DNA of 60,733 nt, counting the filler, from Nemertoderma westbladi (lineage: Eukaryota > Animalia > Xenacoelomorpha), in NCBI GenBank assembly GCA_032718475.1. It is 3 parts of 3 records of this genome, joined end to end, with 100 filler letters (N's around TTAATTAATTAA, not from the genome) between each part and the next. Parts side by side here need not be neighbours in the genome. Positions count along the whole stretch, not along the records: positions 46,629 to 60,733 come from JAUCBJ010008581.1; 2 more parts are not named here. The stretch is one strand, 5' to 3'. The position numbers and the translations under genes were made by a program. The notes under the pieces are model-generated. The model was given only the letters and a program-made list of their open reading frames with translations, was not told where the DNA came from and ran no database searches. Shown one piece after another: positions 50,651 to 60,733 of the stretch. Numbering within the stretch: the first letter of the stretch is position 1; the number at the start of each line of letters is the position of its first letter.

Positions 50651-52869
50651 TATATGATTTCAGGAATCGCGTAATTTTTCTTGAATTAATATCTCATATC
50701 TCTCCAAACCACGTACGCGTTTCGACCTTACTGGGTCTCATCAACCATGGCAATAAAATGGCAGCTGGCTTTGAAATTAATACTCCATATCTCAAGAACC
50801 TGCGGCCTAGTGGTTGTACAGTACTGTAGTCGTGGTTTGGTAGCACGTGGATTGGAGAGATATGAGATATTAATTTCAATAAAAATTACGCGATTCCAAA
50901 ATTTGTACACTACCCGGTTAAAAAGTACGTATGTGATGGGATTAGTCCTACAATTGCGCCAATAAAAGATAATGTATTTTCGGTAAAATAAACGTATCAT
51001 TCGAGGTTAAGACCCCTAAGACCCCTTGCCAACAAAATTGTTACTATCAATATATGATTTCATGCAGTTAAGGGCGGATATGGGTCTACTATCATTATGT
51101 AGAGTGATATCTGCGATTTTTGAGGTATTTTATTAATATGGAAAATGTTTGTTAATTGGTTATCTACAAAGTATCTACGGAGGACATGTTAAAATATATA
51201 CACCAATCTATCACTGTTGATATACAGTATATACTGTATACTATTTTTCACTAATGGGACAAATAAATTATTTCATCAAGGAAAATAAAGCCAAAACAAA
51301 ATCAACCAAAACAATTTCTCCTGACTTCCTAAACAACGAAACTGAGTGCAAGTGGCCCTAAACACTCGGCCTGTTCACTAATCGCTGAGAATGTGGGCAG
51401 TTCACCAGGCACTCGAATATTTGTTCGGAGAATATTTTATTATTTCGACACCTAAAGAGTACAATGTGGCTGTAACTGCGGTTTAGATTGTGACTTTAGA
51501 TTTACTGAATGTAGTCAGCAACTATGCTGACACTGAACACTGCCCGCTATGCTTCTGGCTAATGTAAACTGGCAAACTCTACCCAACTTTATAAGACAAC
51601 CGCTTAACGTAGAATAATCAGTTTAATTTATAATCTAGAGTAAATGTAAAATAACTAGCTATTCTCCGCTATGCAGCCTAATATTTTACTTTACTTGCCT
51701 AATTTGTATGGACCTACGCTAATTTTAATTATTAGTCTACCTGCCAACTCCCGAAAATTAAGTTTAGATGGCATTTTTTGTTAATGGTTGGCATCCACCT
51801 GATTTTTGTACTTCAAGACATGGCGAATCCAGCTAGGCCGGATGCCACCTCTGCATTTTTGATTTAATGCCTTTTTTTGGGCTTCAAAGTTTTTTGCTCA
51901 AAAATGGGGTTTTTCGATTTTAGGATACAAGTTCATGGTGAATGTTAGTAAATCTCGTCTCTTAACCAGTGTGTTTATTGAAAGTTAATCAAAATGCATC
52001 AATGTTGTCCTGAAATAGTTATAAACACTTTGGTGAAGAAAAAAATTTCCGAAATTCCCTTCCATTCTTCCAAACTGGCCCTAGTTACCGCCTTAGCAAC
52101 AGATTTATGAAATTTAATTTAATAATTGCTTTCTCTCACCTGTCCTTTTCCTGATAAAATCAACAAACTGTTTTTAAAATTAAAAAACCTATCACACAAC
52201 TTAAATAACACCCTGGGAACACATCAAGGGTATTATAATATCAAATAGCATCCAATGTCGCAGACACGAGCCCATTATTTGGACCTGAGTAATTTTCAGA
52301 AGTATCAAAATATTAAGTTTAAGTAGAGAATTCGCGTACCTTTACTCAAATATTTGCTCCCATATTTGTAATTATTTAAAAATATCTCTACAGCTAAGTA
52401 TCATGTTGATACTTCCCGTCATATTGTACACATTCGGGTGACATTTACAGTCCAGGTTACCATAGCAACAGACCAAATAAGACAATTTAATAAGAATTTA
52501 ATTTACAGGTAACTATAATGCAGTTTTCCTCAGTTTATACCTTTCCAGAGTTTTGGGAGATTAAATGTGAAACACGTCGCATAGCTATAACCTTCGACTG
52601 TTAATCAACATCCTGTTGTGTCTTTGGGAAATAATTGTTTAATACAAATATTAATTTTGAAGTATCTCTGGCGTTTATCGATCGAGAACTACAGTTAATA
52701 ATCCGTACCGTTACCTCCAATTTATCTATTTAAGAAATTTGATCATAGGCGTTTAAACTATGAATCCTTATTCGATATTATAACTCTAGAAAGGCATTTC
52801 CTAAAGGAAATGCGACCACGAAGCTACGGAAAATTAAACAAAGGTTGCTTAGCCTAGTTTAGTAGCAAT

Positions 52870-53820
52870 TGCCAATAAATAACTTCTATTCCCATGGAAA
52901 CTAGAGTTCTCTGAAACTGTTGGTTTTACCTTTGAAAAAAGATTCAGTCCAGATTGTGGTTCAGATAACACATACCAAGTTTCAGAAAATATTGTAGTTT
53001 ATGTCCAACTACCGATTATCTATCAAAATGCATCTGTTTGCAGTGGTTGTTATGGAAACTGAAAAATAGAACAATGTAATTCGGATGCAGAATAAGTCAT
53101 ATAATGGGGGTAGGTCTTGGTCCCAAGTCATAATACTATTAACTTGTGCTTCAAATTATCATTTTATAAATTTTAACATCTGTTTTGTCTTATTGCTATG
53201 GTAATTGGATTGTGTAACTAACCTCGAATGGATTGTATATGGACCTTACAGATGAGTTGCAAAACCCCAAATTTATATTTATTACATTATTTTGCTACAA
53301 ATAGAGTATTGAATTTAGACTTGAATGATATAGACTTTAATAAACTCCAGTTACCATGGTAACAAGATATTTCTGGAATGTTTTCAGTTTCACTAAAAGT
53401 TCCAACTAGTGGTCCAGATAACACATTCCCAGTTTCGTAAAATTTTATCGCGAAGACTATGTCCAAATGAGTAATTTTTGTATAAAAACATCTGTTTTCA
53501 GCGGTTGTCATGGTAACTGCAAAATAGAACAATCAAATTCGGACGCAGAATAAGTTATATAGTGGGGGTAGGGGTTGGTCCCAAGTCATAACACCATAAC
53601 CTTAGGCTTCAAATTAACATTTTATAAATTTTAACATCTGTTTAGCCCGGTTGCCAAGGTAACTGGATTTTCTATTTAACCTCAATCGGCTCTGCTATGG
53701 ACCTTATAGTTGAGTTGAGAAACCCCAAGTTTGTATCTATTATAGTTTTCCTACAAATAGAGTTTTAATTATTGACTTGAAATCAATAGACTTTTTTCTA
53801 AGTCCGTTGCCATGGAAACC
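52870..53820. repeat. Diverged ~458 bp tandem duplication inside Academ
   Basis: AATAAGTYATATARTGGGGGTAGG at 53091 and 53549; recurrent GTTRCCATGGWAAC motifs. Confidence 0.8.
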
Positions 53821-54082
53821 AGATTTTTTCATTTAACATTATTCCTTATTCGATTAAAGAAGTAATAACAACTTTAATCAAGTTCCAGTAGATCAAGCTA
53901 CTGAATGGGTAAACAAGATATGCAAGTCCTCTGGTGGTATTATTGGCATAACAAGGTGTGACAATGCCAGAGACAGATTTTGTGTAACATGGGCTACACG
54001 ATCAAACATATCACATGACATCAAATTACTCTATAATCAAGTAGATGATGACGAAGGTAGAGGTTATAAGCGCAATGATGCC

Positions 54083-55918
54083 ATGCCCTCGCGAATAAAG
54101 TTTGATGAGGAAAACGTTGAGTCAATAATGCAACAATTTATCTCTCATAATGTGTTTGGCATGAATTCAACAATAATGACAGATGTTTGTTGTGTTAACA
54201 ACCACAAATCAACAGAGTTAGTGGCTCTTACTACAAAAGATATTGCTTTTCAAGATGTTCAGGATAGTTTGCTTTCTGCAAATCAAAAAGGTGCTGATGT
54301 TGTTACCGAATTTTTCCGTAGGAGATTACAAAACAAATCAGTAGGATTTTACGAACCCTTAAAAAAGCTAAAGATTAAGACGTTTGAATCGATGTATCAC
54401 ATATTTATTCCAAACATTGTGAATGAAAAGTTAGCTATTAAAGCAGATCGAAATTTGCTACAACGTCTTCTGAATGCTGCAAATTATGGAAGAAATGTGA
54501 ATTTAACTGAAATTTTGAGACACGAGTTATCCCAATTCCCCCTTTCCATATGTAAATTAAATGGAGACATGAGATCATCACCAAAATCACAACTTCTCCC
54601 TTCACTAACATCTGAGATTGGAATTAGAACAGATATTGAACCTCCAAATGATGATAAACATGTATGTACTCTAATTGATGGCCATGGAATGATTCATTCT
54701 TTGGGGAAACCAGCAAATTGTCATTCGTTTGAGGATTATGGCCATGTTTTCGCAAGAGCCGTCTTTAAACATTTTAGAGGTTACAATAATACTACTCGTG
54801 TAGATCTTGTATTTGATCGGTACATTGAACAATCAATGAAGTTATCTACAAGAATTAAACGTAATATAAAGCGAAGGCCTATACGAAAACTTATCAGTAA
54901 TGCCAAGGTGCCTTTGCCACAAGTTTGGGACCAGTATATTGCACTAGAGGATAACAAAGCTGACTTAGCTCATTTCATTTCTGAACACGTTTTGACTGAA
55001 GCTGCTAATCTACCTGTAAATTATGAAGTAGTTGCAGGTGGTGGATTCCCAGCACCTGTGTATGCAAAATCAAGCACTCGCAGTGTTGAAACCTTATGTA
55101 TAGATGATGAAGAGGCAGATACCCGTCTCATTGCTCACATTAGAGACGCTGTTAAACAGGGAATATATAAACGAATTGTTGTATATTGTCGTGACACCGA
55201 TGTGTTAGTTCTGCTACTTCACCATTTTTCCAGCATTAGCTTAGAGTTATGGATGATTTCAACTGTGTCAAAACAGTGGAAATATATTCCAATACATAGG
55301 ATTGCAAGAAAATTGGATAGCAATATTTTATTCAATATCCTAGGGTTCCACGCTTTCACAGGCTGTGATACAATCTCGTCATTTAACCGCATCAGCAAGA
55401 AGTCATGGTTTAATTTGTTTTGCAAATATCCAACTATGCTCGCTGGAATTGGTCGAGATGGTCCGTTTATTGAGGTAGAGAAGTTCACATGTCTGATGTA
55501 TGGTGGTGAAGGAGTACTATGTGAACCTAGAACCGATATCGATTCTATAAGACTCCGCTTATTTACAAAGGGTAAAGGTTTGGAAATGTTACCACCCACT
55601 AAAGACGCACTTGAACTGCATTATATAAGGGCCAATCATCAAACAAAGATTTGGCTGAACACCAACTCGGCTTCGGAAGACCATTTATTATGTGGTGGTT
55701 GGAAGATGGCATCTGGAGTAATGAAGATTACTTGGACTCGACTGCAGCCAGTCCCGAAAGCTTGTGTGGAGCTTGTTTATTGTAATTGTAAACTGAAGTG
55801 TAGCACTGCTCGATGCAGTTGTTATAAACTTGGCCAAGTCTGCCTTCCGGCATGCAATTGTGAAAGGACAGGATGCTGCAATCCCATTGGACAAATTAAT
55901 ATAACAGAGATCGAATAA
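54083..55918 (+). CDS. Academ protein C-terminal part: XPG/FEN-like nuclease + Cys8 zinc finger
   Basis: LIDG, VFDRY, EEADTRL, DTDVLVLL, FHAFTGCDTISSF, LPPTKDAL, CNCKLKCSTARCSC..C..C.C; the frame stays open upstream to ~53858 (FNQVPVDQATEWVNK). Confidence 0.85.
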   Translation: MPSRIKFDEENVESIMQQFISHNVFGMNSTIMTDVCCVNNHKSTELVALTTKDIAFQDVQDSLLSANQKGADVVTEFFRRRLQNKSVGFYEPLKKLKIKTFESMYHIFIPNIVNEKLAIKADRNLLQRLLNAANYGRNVNLTEILRHELSQFPLSICKLNGDMRSSPKSQLLPSLTSEIGIRTDIEPPNDDKHVCTLIDGHGMIHSLGKPANCHSFEDYGHVFARAVFKHFRGYNNTTRVDLVFDRYIEQSMKLSTRIKRNIKRRPIRKLISNAKVPLPQVWDQYIALEDNKADLAHFISEHVLTEAANLPVNYEVVAGGGFPAPVYAKSSTRSVETLCIDDEEADTRLIAHIRDAVKQGIYKRIVVYCRDTDVLVLLLHHFSSISLELWMISTVSKQWKYIPIHRIARKLDSNILFNILGFHAFTGCDTISSFNRISKKSWFNLFCKYPTMLAGIGRDGPFIEVEKFTCLMYGGEGVLCEPRTDIDSIRLRLFTKGKGLEMLPPTKDALELHYIRANHQTKIWLNTNSASEDHLLCGGWKMASGVMKITWTRLQPVPKACVELVYCNCKLKCSTARCSCYKLGQVCLPACNCERTGCCNPIGQINITEIE

Positions 55919-58504
55919 GGATTCATAGTTTAAACGCCTATGATCAAATTTCTTAAATATATAAATTGGAGGTAACGGTACGGATTATTAACTGTAGTTC
56001 TCGATCGATAAACGCCAGAGATACTTCAAAATTAATATTTGTATTAAACAATTATTTCCCAAAGACACAACAGGATGTTGATTAACAGTCGAAGGTTATA
56101 GCTATGCGACGTGTTTCACATTTAATCTCCCAAAACTCTGGAAAGGTATAAACTGAGGAAAACTGCATTATAGTTACCTGTAAATTAAATTCTTATTAAA
56201 TTGTCTTATTTGGTCTGTTGCTATGGTAACCTGGACTGTAAATGTCACCCGAATGTGTACAATATGACGGGAAGTATCAACATGATACTTAGCTGTAGAG
56301 ATATTTTTAAATAATTACAAATATGGGAGCAAATATTTGAGTAAAGGTACGCGAATTCTCTACTTAAACTTAATATTTTGATACTTCTGAAAATTACTCA
56401 GGTCCAAATAATGGGCTCGTGTCTGCGACATTGGATGCTATTTGATATTATAATACCCTTGATGTGTTCCCAGGGTGTTATTTAAGTTGTGTGATAGGTT
56501 TTTTAATTTTAAAAACAGTTTGTTGATTTTATCAGGAAAAGGACAGGTGAGAGAAAGCAATTATTAAATTAAATTTCATAAATCTGTTGCTAAGGCGGTA
56601 ACTAGGGCCAGTTTGGAAGAATGGAAGGGAATTTCGGAATTTTTTTTCCTGACCAAAGTGTTTATAACTGTTTCAGGACAACATTGATGCATTTTGATTA
56701 ACTTTCAATAAACACACTGGTTAAGAGACGAGATTTACTAACATTCACCATGAACTTGTATCCTAAAATCGAAAAAACCCATTTTTGAGCAAAAAACTTT
56801 GAAGCCCAAAAAAAGGCATTAAATCAAAAATGCAGAGGTGGCATCCGGCCTAGCCGGATTCGCCATGTCTTGAAGTACAAAAATCAGGTGGATGCCAACC
56901 ATTAACAAAAAATGCCATCTAAACTTAATTTTCGGGAGTTGGCAGGTAGACTATATACAGATTTGGACGCTAACTACCTAATATATTTTGTATTCCAGAA
57001 TTGTAACGCTAACTAGTTACGTTACTGAGTTACAATAGAGTTAGCCTAAATTACTGTATTAATTTGCTCTAATTTAGATTCACACAAATGCTAATTAGAA
57101 ATAGAAAACAGTTAAGAAATAATATTTTAGCGCCTATCTACTAACTGACTAACAGCACAACGAATAAAGCAAACATTTAGCCCAACAATACAACATTTAC
57201 ATCTATCTATCTATTAGCTTTAGCGTTAGCGTTAGCGTGAATTACCTACTGTAAGCCACCTATGATCTCTCACCCAAACCCGCTAAAAAAGGGACAGAAT
57301 CCAGATTATTGCCTCCCACTCACTACCTTGGGCTAACAGGCCTAGCGCTCCAATCATTTCAAGCCACCCAGCCGCCTACTGTAGTCTTTCTCTTGCTTAC
57401 TAGCCTAGCCAGGCATTTAGACCCCCGTTGCTACCTCCTTCTGTCGCCTTCCCGGTAGTGCGCCCGCGTACTACAGTAGTTTAGCCCAACATTATCAATG
57501 CGGACTGTTACCGCTCGAGCGCATAATTATTTCAAACAGTTTGACAGTCTGACTACATACAAGCGCCAATCAAGAAATAATTACATTATTAGCAGTTTGT
57601 AATCGAATTAATCAACAGCTGCTATCAAGAAATCAGCAACAGTACCTATAGCAGACAGCAGTAATCATTTAACAAAATTCAGATTTTTAACAAGATCACA
57701 TAGCTGCATAGGCGAAACCAAACAGTTCCGGCACCAGTAAGCAGGAAAATTAAAGATGGCAGCGTACAATGATGTTATTGATTATTAATAGCACAAATCA
57801 TCATATCTCTATTCTCTAGGGATATACTATACGTCCAATCAGAAAGCTAAAAAGCGCCAACTTAATTTCATATAAATTTAAAACGCATTACAACGCAAAT
57901 TAAGCACAATTATTGATGGATACAGAAATACAAGCGAATTTAGCACAATTAGGGTGTAGATTTAGTAGGTACTGTATAACGGCAAATATATATAAAACAG
58001 ATTTATAGGTTTTGTCACCGTATTTACACTGCGGTTTTATTATAAAATACACGTATTTAGTTCTATATACAGTACTACTATATAAAAAGGGTCTGTTTCG
58101 GGCCAAAACGCCATATTTCGTAACAGGACATATTATTGGGTTTTACAATGTTAATGATTTTTGGTGTATTTGTTTATTTATGCATTTATTTACCGTGATT
58201 TGGTTATATGTGTTGCTTATTATCTATGTGATGTGTGTAAATTAATTTGTGTATATCCTACAGTATATCAATAGTAATGTACAGTATTACTTTGTCAATA
58301 AACTACTACTACGATGATCATACTGTATCCTATGCAAACTTACTCTGGGGTCTATTACAGTAGTAGTCCACTAATTCATTCTACTGCAGGTAGGGTCTAC
58401 TGTTTGTACAGTATGAGTTGGAAAAATTGATAATCGTGTAGACTTGTCTATTGACTTTCCATTATCGTTTTGGTTAGAAAAAGTGCCAAATTAATGCGAC
58501 TCAC

Positions 58505-58681
58505 TTTGAAATGGTATCAGTGGAGCCGTCACTAGCAGCGTGGTGAATAGGCGACCATCCTTTATCGTCGTAGTCAAACATCATTTTCTGCATCTCCCAA
58601 GGAAACAAAGAAGAATTATCGTTTTCGCAGACTTCAACCGCTTGTTTTTCTTCCACTTGGCGATTTACTTTCCGTAGCGCC
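58505..58681 (-). CDS. Isolated exon of an ankyrin-repeat protein
   Basis: ttttag| ... |gtgagt, 177 nt; DDKGWSPIHHAASDGSTDTI is an ankyrin motif. Confidence 0.65.
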
Positions 58682-60733
58682 CTAAAACACAATGATACCC
58701 AATTTACTCTCATAACCCAAAATAACAAATAAAACAATAGTAAAATAACTAAAAGTCCTCAAACAAAAAGAGTGAAACCAATATAACTGGAAAATACAAA
58801 AAACAGCAAGATTTGAGGAAAACCACCTGCAGTATGGCCTACTGTACAATATACTGTACTATGTTATTAGGCCTACATTTTCGATATTAGGATATCTACT
58901 GTATATCAACAATGTTTTAAATAAATCACACGTATTGCATGCAGAATTTCTGTGGTATTAGGAATACTTTCAACATATTTTTAAAACTTTTTTACTATTT
59001 AATCTACAGCAGATTTTATCAAGATTCCAAATTTGAAAACCGTTTACTATTACATATCTCTCTTACTTCTTGAGATACCGTATGGATGTCTGTCCATTTG
59101 TCTGTAGGTCTGTCTATCAGTACAGTACACAGTACGTCTGTCCGTTAATAAAAAGGTTACTACCGGTATCTGTCTAAAAATTACCTGTATGGGTATTCGA
59201 GGACAGTGACTTAATTTCTGAAGTCAGTATTCAAATTTGGCTTCGCCGTTTCTGTATGCACTGTATGCCTGTCAGTCAAAATATAACCGACAATCTGACA
59301 GCCACACAGACAATATGGAAGTCATAAGTCATCAAATGTTAATAGGCAGGCCTACATTTCAGCTTGCCAAAACATTGTTGTGAGTTGTGACTATCAAATG
59401 TTAAAACCGACACTCGAAATCAATTCTGCGATAGCAGGAAAACCCCTATAACTTTTAGCTAGATGATGTGCCCTTTTCTTATATTTTTATAACTTTTTTG
59501 TTGGGCACAGTTTTTGCAAAGTCGGCAATGACGTCCAGGTGGGATCAACTGGTGATCTCCGGGATGGAATTCGGACGCTCTAACCATTCAGCTAGCAGGC
59601 TAGCGGCTCAGGTAAAATATAGACCTGGAAATACTATCTGATACCCTGTATGTCCACAATTTACAGTCTTGTTCACAATTAAAATCCATTCTTCAATCTG
59701 CATCAATCCGAATCAATCTACTCTCGTAGAAAAATAATAGTTAGATTGATGAAATTGAACCTACTTTCAACTTCTTCAATCCAGACTTTCTGTCTAGATT
59801 GATCAGATTTAACAGATTGAAAATGTAGAGCCGAAGTATCCCTCTGTGCAGAGATGCCATGGGTTAGTATAGGGCAGTGTAGGGCAGGGGAATAAAGAGC
59901 AGGGCGGCTAGGCGGGTAGACTAAGCTCAAAGAGCATGGCGGCTGCATCAAACAACTATAGGCCAGGCTACTAATGGGATCCCCCAAAGCCTTCGATTGA
60001 TTGACATGCACTGTAACAATACAGTTTGTGTGTGTGTGGTGTTCTACTGAATTGCGGTAGTGTACTGTAGAATACTGTAGTTAAATTCCTCCTTTCCAGT
60101 TGCAGTCTATACAATGTACTGTAGACTACTTTACTTGGCTAACCGCACTATTCCCTGCATTAAATATTACAATAAACGAATAAACCCCTGGAAAAATGCT
60201 TGGTAGAATGTATTGTTCTGTATAAATAATTTTTCAATAAATAATTGTTTATAATTAAATATATTTATGTTAATTATTATTCAATTATTTAATTTAAATA
60301 TACAAATAAAAGCATGCAAATAACACAACAAGGAATGAATAAATATAATCATAATCATTAGATCATTATAATGCAATCTCTTATATACAATATAAGAGAC
60401 AACTCTTATATGCATGTCCCTTAGATAGTTTATGTTTAGAAAAACCGTTCGTTATCGCTTTAGCCGCTTTAGATATTTTAAACGTTTTTATTTTTAAATA
60501 GTACATTTATTTGCTATACCATGTTAAATGTAATCAGTTAGTAAACATTTAATTTGTAATATACTGTAAATAATGCTTACTAAAATACATTTACTTTATT
60601 GGCTTGCAAGTGCCCCATAATTTATCTGATCCCTGCATTAATCTACTCATTCAAATCAACAAACAGCTTTACTTTGTGGAGCCAACCACGACCGTCTGTC
60701 AATCACTCAGTAGGCTAGAAACTTGCGGTGCCA

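Larger units (their letters stand above)
51733..56953 (+). mobile_element. AcademX DNA transposon, internally deleted
   Basis: Near-perfect ~1044 bp TIRs (51733-52776 and 55910-56953), TAG...CTA termini, 3 bp TSD TAT, XPG-like + Cys-rich ORF. Confidence 0.87.

Noticed and set aside
54083-55918. Host tesmin/CXC or FEN1/XPG repair gene
   Set aside because: It lies within 1 kb TIRs with a TSD and is N-terminally truncated, which fits Academ transposon cargo.
59400-60011. Possible further exons of the ankyrin gene
   Set aside because: Could not find an open, phase-compatible exon with recognisable homology.

Overview
AT-rich invertebrate (metazoan) genomic DNA, made of three contigs joined by artificial N-TTAATTAATTAA-N spacers (1-19250, 19351-46528, 46629-60733). 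Contig 1 holds the 3' six exons of TAF1 (TFIID subunit 1). Its introns are filled with minisatellites, MITEs, an RTE LINE and a CR1 fragment. Contig 2 holds the 5' part of a Bel/Pao LTR retrotransposon, an EF-hand/WD40 gene (WDR49/CFAP337/WDY-like), two more copies of the RTE LINE, a CRE-type LINE fragment, tRNA-derived SINEs, a three-exon plant-type C2-domain phospholipase D whose two HKD motifs are both degenerate, and a PROSER3-like gene. Contig 3 holds several MITEs, an internally deleted AcademX DNA transposon with ~1044 bp TIRs, and an ankyrin-repeat exon. The most notable signals are (i) an intact-ORF but apparently catalytically dead plant-type C2-PLD in an animal, (ii) a 3.5 kb minisatellite built from an amplified TAF1 5' splice site, within a wider pattern of splice-site-anchored tandem arrays, and (iii) a duplicated, conserved stem-loop module in the Bel/Pao leader. 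Family calls are from recalled motifs; no database search was run.
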